DNA of 64,000 bases from Alphaproteobacteria bacterium. Its GTDB lineage: Bacteria > Pseudomonadota > Alphaproteobacteria > Bin95. How positions within the stretch are numbered: the first letter of the stretch is position 1; every line of letters starts with the position of its first letter. Below are positions 39,870-48,478 of the stretch, piece after piece. Below the pieces are notes generated by a model. The model made no database searches, was not told the DNA's origin, and worked only from the letters and a program-made list of their open reading frames with translations. The position numbers were made by a program, and so were the translations under genes. The stretch is from positions 704,001-768,000 of the forward strand of contig CAXXWS020000003.1 in assembly GCA_963665325.3 (NCBI GenBank). The letters are read 5' to 3'.

Positions 39870-40748
39870 TCAGGCGAGCGCGGTCTCGAACAGGGCCAGC
39901 ATCCGGCTCCAGGCCCGCTCCGCCTGCGCCTCGTTGTAAACGGCGGAATCCGGCGGGCACCAGCCATGCAGCGTGTCCGCATAGACCTCGATTTCCGCTG
40001 GCAGTTCGGCCGCGTCGAAGGCTTCCCGAAGCGCGGTCTTGGCCCCCGGGTCCTTCGCGTCGTCGTTCTCCGCGATTGCGAACAGGTAGTGTGCCCGCAG
40101 CTTCCCGACGAGAAGGTGCGGGCTGTCGGGCTTGTCCGTCACGAGCCTGCCGCCGTGGAATGAGGCGCCGGCGCCGATCCGGTCGGGGAAAGCCGCCGCG
40201 GTGCGCATGGTCATGGAGCCGCCCATGCAATAGCCCGTCGTTCCCATCTTGCGGCTGCTTGCCACCGCGTCCTGCCCGTCGAGGAAACCTACGAAGGCCG
40301 TCGCGTCCGTCACGGTCCTCTCGGGGGTCAGCGAGCGCATCAGGGGAAAGACCTTCTTGCGCGTCGCTTCGTCCCGGAACGAGGCGCCCTCCGGCAGCAC
40401 CGGCGCCTTCTCCGTGCGGTAGTAGGGATTGACGACCAGCACCGCATAGCCCGACTCGGCCAGCCGCCGCCCCATCTGCTCGAAGGCGGGCCTGAGGCCG
40501 AGCGCATCGGGCCAGATCAGGATGCCCGGATGAGCGCCGCCCGCAGGATGTGCGAAATAGCAGTCCGCCGTGCCGTCGGGCGTCGGCACCTCGACATTCG
40601 CGGCGGTCACGTCCAGCGCGTTTGCCGTCCGGGGCAACAGCATGGCCATCCCCGCCCCGACCGAAAGCGCCCCGAATTCGCGCCGGGTCAGCCTTCCCGA
40701 CCGGCTGAGATAGGCCTCCTCGTCACGCAATGTTTTCTCGTCGCACAT
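39870..40748 (-). CDS. Dienelactone hydrolase family protein
   Basis: GYCMGG nucleophile motif, SFHGG, HGWC; Tat-like LTRREF. Confidence 0.9.
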   Translation of the reverse strand: MCDEKTLRDEEAYLSRSGRLTRREFGALSVGAGMAMLLPRTANALDVTAANVEVPTPDGTADCYFAHPAGGAHPGILIWPDALGLRPAFEQMGRRLAESGYAVLVVNPYYRTEKAPVLPEGASFRDEATRKKVFPLMRSLTPERTVTDATAFVGFLDGQDAVASSRKMGTTGYCMGGSMTMRTAAAFPDRIGAGASFHGGRLVTDKPDSPHLLVGKLRAHYLFAIAENDDAKDPGAKTALREAFDAAELPAEIEVYADTLHGWCPPDSAVYNEAQAERAWSRMLALFETALA

Positions 40749-40765
40749 GGTTGCCTCCCGTCTGG

Positions 40766-41317
40766 CTATGGTTCCCCGTGCCGGGCGAGGTCCTCGACGC
40801 AGCGCTCCAGCGTAAACACATGCGCGTCGTCGATGCCGAGTCGGCGCAATTCGCCCGCAAGCTTCCTCAGATAGTCGATATTGGTGCCGCTCGGACCCGC
40901 CGAGCCGGCGATATGCGCGGCCATCTCCGGCAGGGGCGCCGGGCCCAGGTAAGCGCGGTTTCCGACCGGCGCGACATAGAGAACGCCCTCGGCCGCCGTG
41001 CCGTCGCGGAACTCCAGCCGCACGGCCTCGCGCCGGTAGCCGTTCTTCTCCCGGTGGTCCAGATCGGCCCAGGTTTTCTGCAACTGCACCCCGTCGACGA
41101 AATAGGCCACACCTTCGCAGCATGCGTCCGCATCGGGCACGAGCGTCGCCACCCGGCCGGGCGCATGCGGCACGCCGCGATGGTCGTGCGATCCCTGCCA
41201 GAACCGCCGTTTCCAGCCGCACACCCGCGCAACCCGGGATTCGAGGAACGGGATGTCCGGCCGCCAGATCAGCGAGCCGTAGCCGAACACCCAGGCGCCG
41301 TCCGCCGCCCCGTTCAT
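40766..41317 (-). CDS. chaC: Gamma-glutamylcyclotransferase ChaC
   Basis: WVFGYGSLIW, DHRG...PGRVATL, LDHRE, GPSGTN. Confidence 0.92.
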   Translation of the reverse strand: MNGAADGAWVFGYGSLIWRPDIPFLESRVARVCGWKRRFWQGSHDHRGVPHAPGRVATLVPDADACCEGVAYFVDGVQLQKTWADLDHREKNGYRREAVRLEFRDGTAAEGVLYVAPVGNRAYLGPAPLPEMAAHIAGSAGPSGTNIDYLRKLAGELRRLGIDDAHVFTLERCVEDLARHGEP

Positions 41318-42195
41318 CGGCAGCGCTCGACATGCTCGAGAATGGCGCGGGCGGTGAACTCCGGGTCCTCCTCCGGCACGAAATGGCCGCTGTCCTCCGC
41401 GATCAGCCCCCGGACGTCGGTCGCCACGCGGCGCATCGACGCCTCGACCTCGCCGGCCCGCCCGAAAGCGTCCGTCCGTCCGCCGCCGATGGCGAGCACC
41501 GGCATGGGCAGCCGGAAGCCGGTGGCCAGCAGCGCCTCATTGTCGGCGGCGTCCCGCGGCAGGTTGCGGTAGAAGGCGAAGCCCGCGCGAAGCGCCTCGG
41601 GGTCGGTGTAGGTGCGGAGATATTCTTCCACGGCCCCGGCGTCGATGGCCTCGGGGCGCGCGGAATAGGCCCGGTAGAACCAGCCGAGATAGGTGCGCTC
41701 GCGCCCGCCCACCAGCGCCTCCGGCAGCTCCGGCGTGCGGTGGAAGGCATGGTGCCAGCGCCGCCCGCCCTGCGAGAACTCCCCGCCGTCGCCGGGGATC
41801 ACCACGTCGATGACAGTGAGGCTCAGCACCGCTTCCGGATGCTGCGCGGCGAGCGCGAAGGCGGTCGGGCCGCCCCAGTCATGGCCGACGAGGTGCCAGC
41901 GGTCGAGGCCGAGATGCCCGGAGAGCAGCCGGAAGATGTCCTCCGAAACGGTCCGCTTGTCGTAGCCGTCCGCCGGCCGCGAGGAATCGCCGAGGCCGCG
42001 CAGGTCGGGCGCGATAACCGGATGGCGCTCCGCAATCGCCGGCATGACATGGCGCCACTCGTACCAGGTCTCCGGCCAGCCGTGCAGCAGCACGACCGGC
42101 GGCGAAGTGCGCGGGTCCGCGCCGGCCGCCGCGTAATGGATCCTCGCCTCGCCCAGGTCGGCGAAGGCGTGGGCGAATTCCGGGGACGGGCTCAT
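41314..42195 (-). CDS. Alpha/beta hydrolase, epoxide hydrolase/haloacetate dehalogenase-like
   Basis: LLHGWPE, DLRGLGDS, GHDWGG, SGHFVPEE. Confidence 0.9.
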   Translation of the reverse strand: MSPSPEFAHAFADLGEARIHYAAAGADPRTSPPVVLLHGWPETWYEWRHVMPAIAERHPVIAPDLRGLGDSSRPADGYDKRTVSEDIFRLLSGHLGLDRWHLVGHDWGGPTAFALAAQHPEAVLSLTVIDVVIPGDGGEFSQGGRRWHHAFHRTPELPEALVGGRERTYLGWFYRAYSARPEAIDAGAVEEYLRTYTDPEALRAGFAFYRNLPRDAADNEALLATGFRLPMPVLAIGGGRTDAFGRAGEVEASMRRVATDVRGLIAEDSGHFVPEEDPEFTARAILEHVERCR

Positions 42196-42257
42196 GCGCG
42201 CTCCTCCGCTCGACGCCAGCGGGCTCCTGCCGCCCGCAGGCGGAGAGACTGTCGAGA

Positions 42258-42829
42258 GTGTCATGATATGTCATGTTTCGTCATGCGGCCCGGCGGAAAT
42301 GTCATGTTTTGCCATGATCCGCCGCGCCTCCCATCCCGCTGCCGTCCGTCCGTTCCCGCATGCCGTTCCTCCATCCTGTTTTGTTCCACTACGTTCCCGC
42401 CGCCGCGCTGGGCGCGGCAAACGTTGCAGATGGCGGCGTTGACGCCGCCGCGCCGAACGCGGCGAACATTGCAGATGGCGGCGTTCCTGCCGCCGCCGCC
42501 GCGCCGAACGCGGCGAACATTGCCGATGGCGTTCCTGCCGCCGCCGCCGGCCAGCCCGGGCGGTGGGACCCTGTTTCGCGCGTATCGCGCCCCCGCGCCC
42601 GCCCGTCGGCGCGCGTTAGCGCCGGCGCGGTTCGCGCGCCTGATTGCGCATGTGCGCGCGAGCGCCCAAGCGCAGGGCGCACGTCTCCCCTTCGTTTCGA
42701 TGGGGTTTTTTCGCGCCGGCGCCGGCGCGAAGGGAAGCGGCCTCCGGATGCCGCGTCCTCCCGCCAATCTGGGCGCGGCTCGTTCGGATGTCAAGCTAAT
42801 TTAAGAAATATTTCCGATTTCCGTGAACA
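42258..42829 (-). repeat. Dispersed non-coding element, copy A (CATGAC-phased family) with internal 45-bp tandem array
   Basis: Ordered blocks shared with 33213-33700; TTGACA-N17-CAGATT on the minus strand at 42794-42766. Confidence 0.85.
42398..42548. repeat. Tandem array of about three 45-51-bp units
   Basis: Consensus gccgccgcgccgaacgcggcgaacattgcagatggcggcgttgac; same unit at 46690-46824. Confidence 0.85.
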
Positions 42830-42945
42830 TCACGCATGTAATGCGGCAGAAAAGCCCTCTCGCTCAGGGAGAGGGTCGGGCGGGGGTTGCACGAAGCGCG
42901 GAGCAGCCGGGCCGCGATTCGCCGCAACGCGCCCGTTCGCCGGGC

Positions 42946-43140
42946 TCATTCAAGCGAAACGGGCCGCCCCGGTGTCTTGTCCCGCGAAACGAAAACAGCC
43001 CATTCCTCATCCGTCAGCGCGGCCTGGCGGCCGATCTCCGCGAGAAGCGACCCCGGCCCGGCGCGGCCATCGGGCCTGGCGGCCTCGTCGAGACCCCGGC
43101 GGGTTTCGTCCGGCAGGTTTCGGATTGTCGGATCGGTCAT
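42946..43140 (-). pseudogene. FitA/StbC-like ribbon-helix-helix antitoxin remnant
   Basis: TIRNLPDE start and GSLLAEIGRQAALTDEE...RDKTP end; central part appears missing; no intact PIN toxin follows. Confidence 0.6.
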
Positions 43141-43279
43141 GTCCAGCCTCCCTTAACGCCGCCATTCCGGCAAGAGATACGCGAATCGGCTTCCTAATAC
43201 AGCGCCTTTGCTCTGAACGGTTTAGCGAGAGGCGCGCTAAGGGGCTTTCGCGGGCGGCGGTCGCCGCTATGGTCTCGCC

Positions 43280-43897
43280 ATGAGCGAATCGGATGTGCAG
43301 ACCGAGCGGCAGGAGGACGGCATTGACGTCGCCGAAGTCGGTGCCTTCATCGACTGCTGGGAGAGGTCCGGCGGCCCGGAATCGGCGAATTTCCAGATGT
43401 TTGCGGGCAAACTCTGCGACCTACTCGGCCTGCCCAAGCCCGACCCCTCGGAGGAGCGGAACGAATACAACGACTACACTCTCGAGCGGCGCGTCGACTT
43501 CAAGCATGACGACGGCAGCAACAGCCAAAATGGATAGGCCTTTACGGGCGCGGCTGCTTCGTCAAGGAGGCGAAGCAGTCCGCCAAACGGGCCTGCCGGA
43601 AGGCCAGGCGCCACGACGCCTTCGTCGCATAAGAGGCCCGAACAGGAGGAGGCCGCCGTCGGCAAGCCGACATGCCCGAGGGACCAGTTGGACCGCATCC
43701 GCGCGCTCGGCGACATGCTGGGCCAGGTCGCCGCCCCGGCAAACGCGGAAATGCTGAGCGAAGCCTTCAAGGGCAAAAATTCGCCCCGCCCGCGGAAAGC
43801 GGTGGAAAAGACCCTCGAAACCCCCGCCGCCGCCGACGCAGCGTAAAAGGCGAGCGACGAGCAATACGGCGAGAGCTGCTATTTCATTCCCCAATAG
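43280..43897 (+). pseudogene. MmeI-like type IIL restriction-modification enzyme remnant (N- and C-terminal ends only)
   Basis: FIDCWERSGGPESANFQMF...LCDLLGLPKPDP...DYTLERRV, then LYGRGCFVKEAKQ, then C-terminal-like DQLDRIRAL...VEKTLET...YFIPQ*; frameshifts and in-frame stops. Confidence 0.75.
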
Positions 43898-44101
43898 AGT
43901 CACCACCGCCGCCATGCACTTAATCGCTCTTGGGCCTATTTCCGGTTCTCACCGCGGGTTCCCGACAGCGGTGACTGGGGGATGATCAGGTTAGCATAGA
44001 AGCTGGTCATCTGGTGCATATCAGACTACGATGCCCCGAACGCGGGCCGACCCTCAGGAATCGGCCCCATTCTTGTGAATGACGGTTATCGGAACAGCAA
44101 A

Positions 44102-45400
44102 ATGCACGAAGCACTATCGAATATTCAAGACGAACTAAAGACGTTAATTGACATGTTGCAAGCGCAGATACCGAATGATGAACCATTTGGCAATGCACAT
44201 GGAAATTGGTCCTTTCCTGGACTTTCCAAGAGTGAATTGATAGAAGAAATTCAATCCACCATTGAATTTATTGAGGATCATGAAACAGAACAGTTGGGTG
44301 AATTTGAGCAGAGAATTTACGACTATGAACGTAGATTAAGTCATCTGCACAATCAAACCATTCCAAACATGTGGGGTAATGCAGGATAGGCTGTTCCTGC
44401 ATTTATGCTTACTATTCAGGGCTTGCGCAAAGTTCTTGCATCAGCAATAGCAACAGATGATCGTGCAGAGACAATGCGGAGATTGCGCAGTTTGAAAGCT
44501 CAAGTAGCCCGTATGGAAGCGCAATTCAATGATCTAGAGCCGACCGCTTCTTCTATCAATGAAATGGCCGGACGCATTGTTGATGCACATGATACAGCGG
44601 AGCAATTGCCAGAAAGTCTGGAATCTCTCAGGGAAGCTCGAGAGACAATTTCAAGAATTTCCGATGAAGTCAAAGCAAACAGAGATAAGATAGGCAACGC
44701 GAAAAAGCTATCTGATGAAATTGTTGGAGAATTGGAACGAATCGAAGGTGCCGCGGAAGGCGTGTTGAAACGATGCGAAACTGTATATGCGGCGGCTACC
44801 AGTGTTGGGTTGGCTGCATCATTCGATGAACGGTCCAAATCTTTGTCTTAGTCTATGTGGTTTTGGGTTGCAGGTCTTGCGGGTGCTCTCCTTGTTGGTG
44901 GCTTCTTGGGCACTATGCAAATTCGTGATCTGTTGAATATTCTAGATGCTAATAATACATCGGGATCTGTAGTAGTGATGAATGCAGTTTTATCCCTATT
45001 CTCTGTTGGTGTTCCGATCTGGTTTGCCTGGCTTGCAACGAAACAAATTGGCCAGAGATTTAGACTGTCTGAAGATTACGGATACATAGCTTCTATCGCT
45101 CGAGCATATGAAGGATTTCGGCGTGAAGCTGCAAGAATCGATAAAGATATGGAAGCACAATTGCTTGCCTCGGCATTGAACCACCTCGATGAGTTACCTC
45201 TCCGTCTGGTAGAACACGATAGCCATGGCAGCCCGTGGCATGAACTCGCGTCATCGGAAGTCGTGAAGGGAGCAATGAGAAATGTTCCGGGATTTCCTAG
45301 ACAGGTGAAGGAACTCGCAAGCAAAGCTGTTGGAACGATTACGCGTTCCAAGGCGGATTCGAAGGTGGCACCGCAGCAAAGAATTGAGCCCGACGAGTAG
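44102..45400 (+). pseudogene. Low-GC coiled-coil and 2-TM membrane protein gene interrupted by two in-frame TAG codons
   Basis: ORFs 44075-44389, 44405-44851 and 44855-45400 share one frame; stops are TAG at 44387 and 44849. Confidence 0.75.
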
Positions 45401-45442
45401 GGGGAGGCTTGGCCGCGGCGGAAGGGCCTTTCGCAGTACCCC

Positions 45443-46597
45443 TCACCCCAGCCGCCGGTCAAGCTCCGCGAGGCACGCAGCGCGGTCCGGCTGGAAGGCG
45501 TGGGCGATCCACCAGTCTTCCAGGTCTCGGAGCAGGCGGCCTAGCGCCGGGCCGGGGGGGAGGTCTCGCGCGCGCAGGTCCCGGCCCGCGAGCGGGAAGG
45601 GTGGGGGCGGCGGCTCCGCCAGCAGCGCCTCGCCGGTTTCGTCGCCGCCGGCCAGGAGCAGGCGGTCGGTGAAGCGCGCCCGGCCCTCGCGGTAGAGCGT
45701 GGTGCGGTCCAGCGGCTTCGGCCCGGCCAGGGCTTGCAGGCGTTCGGCCTCGGCCGTGCTGAGGCGGAGGCGGCCGGGGTCCGGGCGGTCCAGCAGGGCG
45801 GCGAGGCGGCGGACGGGATCGGGGCGTTCGTTGAGCCGGGCTTCCGCCTCCACGGTCCGCGCAAGGCGGTCGGTCCTCTCCGCCGCCGGCAATATCGGGC
45901 GGAACACGCCGCGCGCCGCCATCAGGGCAGCGGCCGGCGCGGGGTCAGGCGCGGCCAGCAGGCCCAGCGTCTCCGCCTTGAGCCGCTCGCCGGAGAGGGT
46001 CTCCATGAGGGGTGCGAGCCGCACCGCGGCTTCCAGGCTGGCGGGGTCGCCGGGAAGGCTGCCGAAGACCGCCGTGAAGCGGAAGAAGCGCAGCACCCGC
46101 AGCACATCCTCCCTGATGCGCCGTTCCGGGTCGCCGACGAAGCGCACGATGCCCGCGGCGAGGTCCTCCCGGCCGCCGAAATAGTCGAACAGCCGGCCCT
46201 CCGGACTTGCGGACATGGCGTTCACGGTAAAGTCGCGCCGGGCGGCGTCCTCGCGCCAGTCCCGCGTCCAGGCCACGACGGCCCGCCGCCCGTCGGTGAC
46301 GACATCGCGGCGCAGCGAGGCCACCTCGCAATGGCGCCTCCCGCCGATAGCCAGCACGACGCCGTGGTCGATACCGTAGGTGCGGACCTTGAGGCCCGCC
46401 GCCTCCAGCCGCCGCACGGTCTCGGGCGGCTCCTCGGGCGTGGCGATGTCGATATCGCCGACCGGCCGCCCGGCAAGCGCATCGCGCACCGCGCCGCCGA
46501 CGAAGCGGCACTCGCCGAGAGCCTCCACGATGCGCGCGATGTCGGGATCGCGCATCCATTCCGCCGCAGGGGCGAATCCGCTCAATGCAGGACTCAT
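45443..46597 (-). CDS. cca: CCA tRNA nucleotidyltransferase / poly(A) polymerase family
   Basis: FVGGAVRD, DIDIAT, RRDFTVNAM, RIREDVLRVLRFFRF. Confidence 0.9.
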   Translation of the reverse strand: MSPALSGFAPAAEWMRDPDIARIVEALGECRFVGGAVRDALAGRPVGDIDIATPEEPPETVRRLEAAGLKVRTYGIDHGVVLAIGGRRHCEVASLRRDVVTDGRRAVVAWTRDWREDAARRDFTVNAMSASPEGRLFDYFGGREDLAAGIVRFVGDPERRIREDVLRVLRFFRFTAVFGSLPGDPASLEAAVRLAPLMETLSGERLKAETLGLLAAPDPAPAAALMAARGVFRPILPAAERTDRLARTVEAEARLNERPDPVRRLAALLDRPDPGRLRLSTAEAERLQALAGPKPLDRTTLYREGRARFTDRLLLAGGDETGEALLAEPPPPPFPLAGRDLRARDLPPGPALGRLLRDLEDWWIAHAFQPDRAACLAELDRRLG

Positions 46598-46617
46598 GCC
46601 CGGGGGCGCCGTGTTGC

Positions 46618-46890
46618 CTCCCCTCCCGCCCGGCGGGAGGGGGCGGGGGAGGGCCTCTCGGCGTGACGGGCGTTCGCCGGGCTTCGCCCGCCGCCGCGCC
46701 GAGCGCGGCGAACATTATCAATGGCGGCGTTGACGCCGCCGCGCCGAACGCGGCGAACATTACGAATGGGGGCGTTGACGCCGCCGCGCCGAACGCGCCG
46801 AACATTACGAATGGGGGCGCCAGCGCCGCCGCTTCCGCTGGCGCGGAAGCGGGCCCCCACCCGGCCTCCCCCACAAGCGGGGGAGGAGAG
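46618..46890. repeat. REP-like palindrome pair enclosing three tandem 45-bp units (46690-46824)
   Basis: ccctcccgcccggcgggaggg left, cctcccccacaagcgggggagg right; units start at 46690, 46735 and 46780. Confidence 0.8.
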
Positions 46891-46934
46891 TGCCGGCTGC
46901 AGTCGACATCGGTTCCGGTCGAAAACCGCCGGTA

Positions 46935-47198
46935 TCAATCCGCCACCTTGCCGGGCACCAGCTCGCCGTCCACCACCCTGGGCGGGCTGTAGGTTCCCTC
47001 CGGATCGGAGGTGCCGGTCAGCGCCCAGTAGCCGAGCAGCAGCGCGACGAGGCCGAAGCCCGAGACCAGGATTGCGTTCCAGGGCGCGTCGCGGAACCAG
47101 CCGGGTGCGGGCCGCCCGTCGCGGATGACGATCCACGCCATGTAGAGCAGCAGCGGGATCGACGCTGCGAGCAGGAGCTGGACGATGACCTTCAGCAT
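46935..47198 (-). CDS. Small membrane protein (DUF6111-like)
   Basis: Two TM segments, C-terminal YSPPRVVDGELVPG; conserved position between nudL and cca. Confidence 0.75.
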   Translation of the reverse strand: MLKVIVQLLLAASIPLLLYMAWIVIRDGRPAPGWFRDAPWNAILVSGFGLVALLLGYWALTGTSDPEGTYSPPRVVDGELVPGKVAD

Positions 47199-47827
47199 GG
47201 TTTTCCCGTCAGCGTGTCGTGGAGGTTCACCAGCATGCCGGCGGTCGCTCCCCAGATGCGGTAGCCCCGGTAAGGCAGCACATAGTAATGCCGTTGGAGC
47301 CCGTCGCGGAACATGGTCTCGCGCTTGTGGTTCGCCGGGTCCAGCACGAAGGCGAGCGGCACCTCGAAGGCCTCCTCCACCTCGAAGGGATCGACGGTGA
47401 GCTCGAAGGGCGGCTCGACCCAGCCGATCACCGGCGTCACCGCATAGGCGCTGGTCGTCTCGTACACCTCCAGCTGGCCCAGTATCTCGACAAGGCGGCG
47501 GTCGAGACCGACCTCCTCCTCCGTCTCGCGGAGCGCCGTTTCCAGTATGTCGGTGTCGTCCGGCTCGCGCCCCCCGCCGGGGAAGGCGATCTGGCCGGCA
47601 TGCTGCTTGAGGTGGTGCGTGCGCTGGGTGAGCAGGACCGTCGGGCCCCCGGGCCGGGCCACAAGCGCCACCAGCACGCCGGCCGGCTTCAGCGCGCGGC
47701 CGTTGGCGAAGGCGGGCCGGCCGTCGGGCAGCAGGTCAAAGTCGCTGCGCTTCGGCGGCGTCAGCCCGTCCGCCCCGGCGGCGAGCCCCGCCGCGTCGAG
47801 GCACGCAACCACCTCCTCACGCGTCAT
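47192..47827 (-). CDS. nudL: CoA pyrophosphatase (Nudix)
   Basis: LLTQR, HAGQIAFPGG, ALRETEEEVG, IWGATAG. Confidence 0.9.
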   Translation of the reverse strand: MTREEVVACLDAAGLAAGADGLTPPKRSDFDLLPDGRPAFANGRALKPAGVLVALVARPGGPTVLLTQRTHHLKQHAGQIAFPGGGREPDDTDILETALRETEEEVGLDRRLVEILGQLEVYETTSAYAVTPVIGWVEPPFELTVDPFEVEEAFEVPLAFVLDPANHKRETMFRDGLQRHYYVLPYRGYRIWGATAGMLVNLHDTLTGKPC

Positions 47828-48389
47828 CGTCGAGCGCTCCCAGATCGAACATTTCCCCCCCGCTCCATACGACGTATCCGGTGTCCATCTCTTCCGCCAG
47901 TTCCGCAAGCTCGTACCACGGCGCGCGCAGCACCGCCGCCTCTATGCCCGGCCGCACGAGCAGGTAGGGCCGTTCGGCGAGTCGGAGCGGATGGCCGGAG
48001 CCGAGCGGCACCCATTCGTCGATATTGGTGCGGAAGCGGATCCGCTGCTGCCGGCCCTCCCCTTCCGCCTGCATTTCGACCGCGACGAACGGGGCGTCCT
48101 CCACTTCGATTTCGACCCGCTCCACCGGGGTTTCCAGCAGGTAGCCGCCATCGGGTCCGCGCTTGAGCACCGTGCTGAACAGCCTGACCAGCGCCGGGCG
48201 GCGAAACGGCAGGCCGTTATGGAACCAGACGCCGTTGCGGTCTATGCGCAGGCCGCCATATGTTGACGCGCGCCGACGCGCATCCTGTGTTGACGCGCCT
48301 CCACGCGCATCGTGCGTTGACGCGCGTCCACGCGCATCGTGCGGCGGCGGGTCCATCGAATATTTGCCGATCTCTACTTGCCGGGTCAT
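47817..48389 (-). CDS. DUF1285 family protein with an N-terminal 9-aa tandem repeat
   Basis: LRIDRNGVWFHNG, LVRLFSTVL, TPVERVEIEVEDAPF. Confidence 0.85.
   Translation of the reverse strand: MTRQVEIGKYSMDPPPHDARGRASTHDARGGASTQDARRRASTYGGLRIDRNGVWFHNGLPFRRPALVRLFSTVLKRGPDGGYLLETPVERVEIEVEDAPFVAVEMQAEGEGRQQRIRFRTNIDEWVPLGSGHPLRLAERPYLLVRPGIEAAVLRAPWYELAELAEEMDTGYVVWSGGEMFDLGALDDDA
48261..48341. repeat. Three tandem 27-bp repeats inside the DUF1285 gene
   Basis: tgttgacgcgcgccgacgcgcatcctg / tgttgacgcgcctccacgcgcatcgtg / cgttgacgcgcgtccacgcgcatcgtg. Confidence 0.85.
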
Positions 48390-48478
48390 GGCGGTGCCAT
48401 AATAGGGCAGTATGTCCGCGCCGGAAGGCCCGCGCCTTTCCCTCTACGGGCGCGGCGGCGTCAAGGAGGCCCCGTTCC

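Noticed and set aside
44387-44851. Genome-wide TAG reassignment
   Set aside because: Many well-supported genes here end in TAG (e.g. at 4004, 5609, 24896, 26852, 35921), so TAG is a normal stop codon in this host.
46690-46824. 45-bp arrays (also 42398-42548) as CRISPR arrays
   Set aside because: Units are contiguous with no unique spacers, and there are no cas genes in the window.
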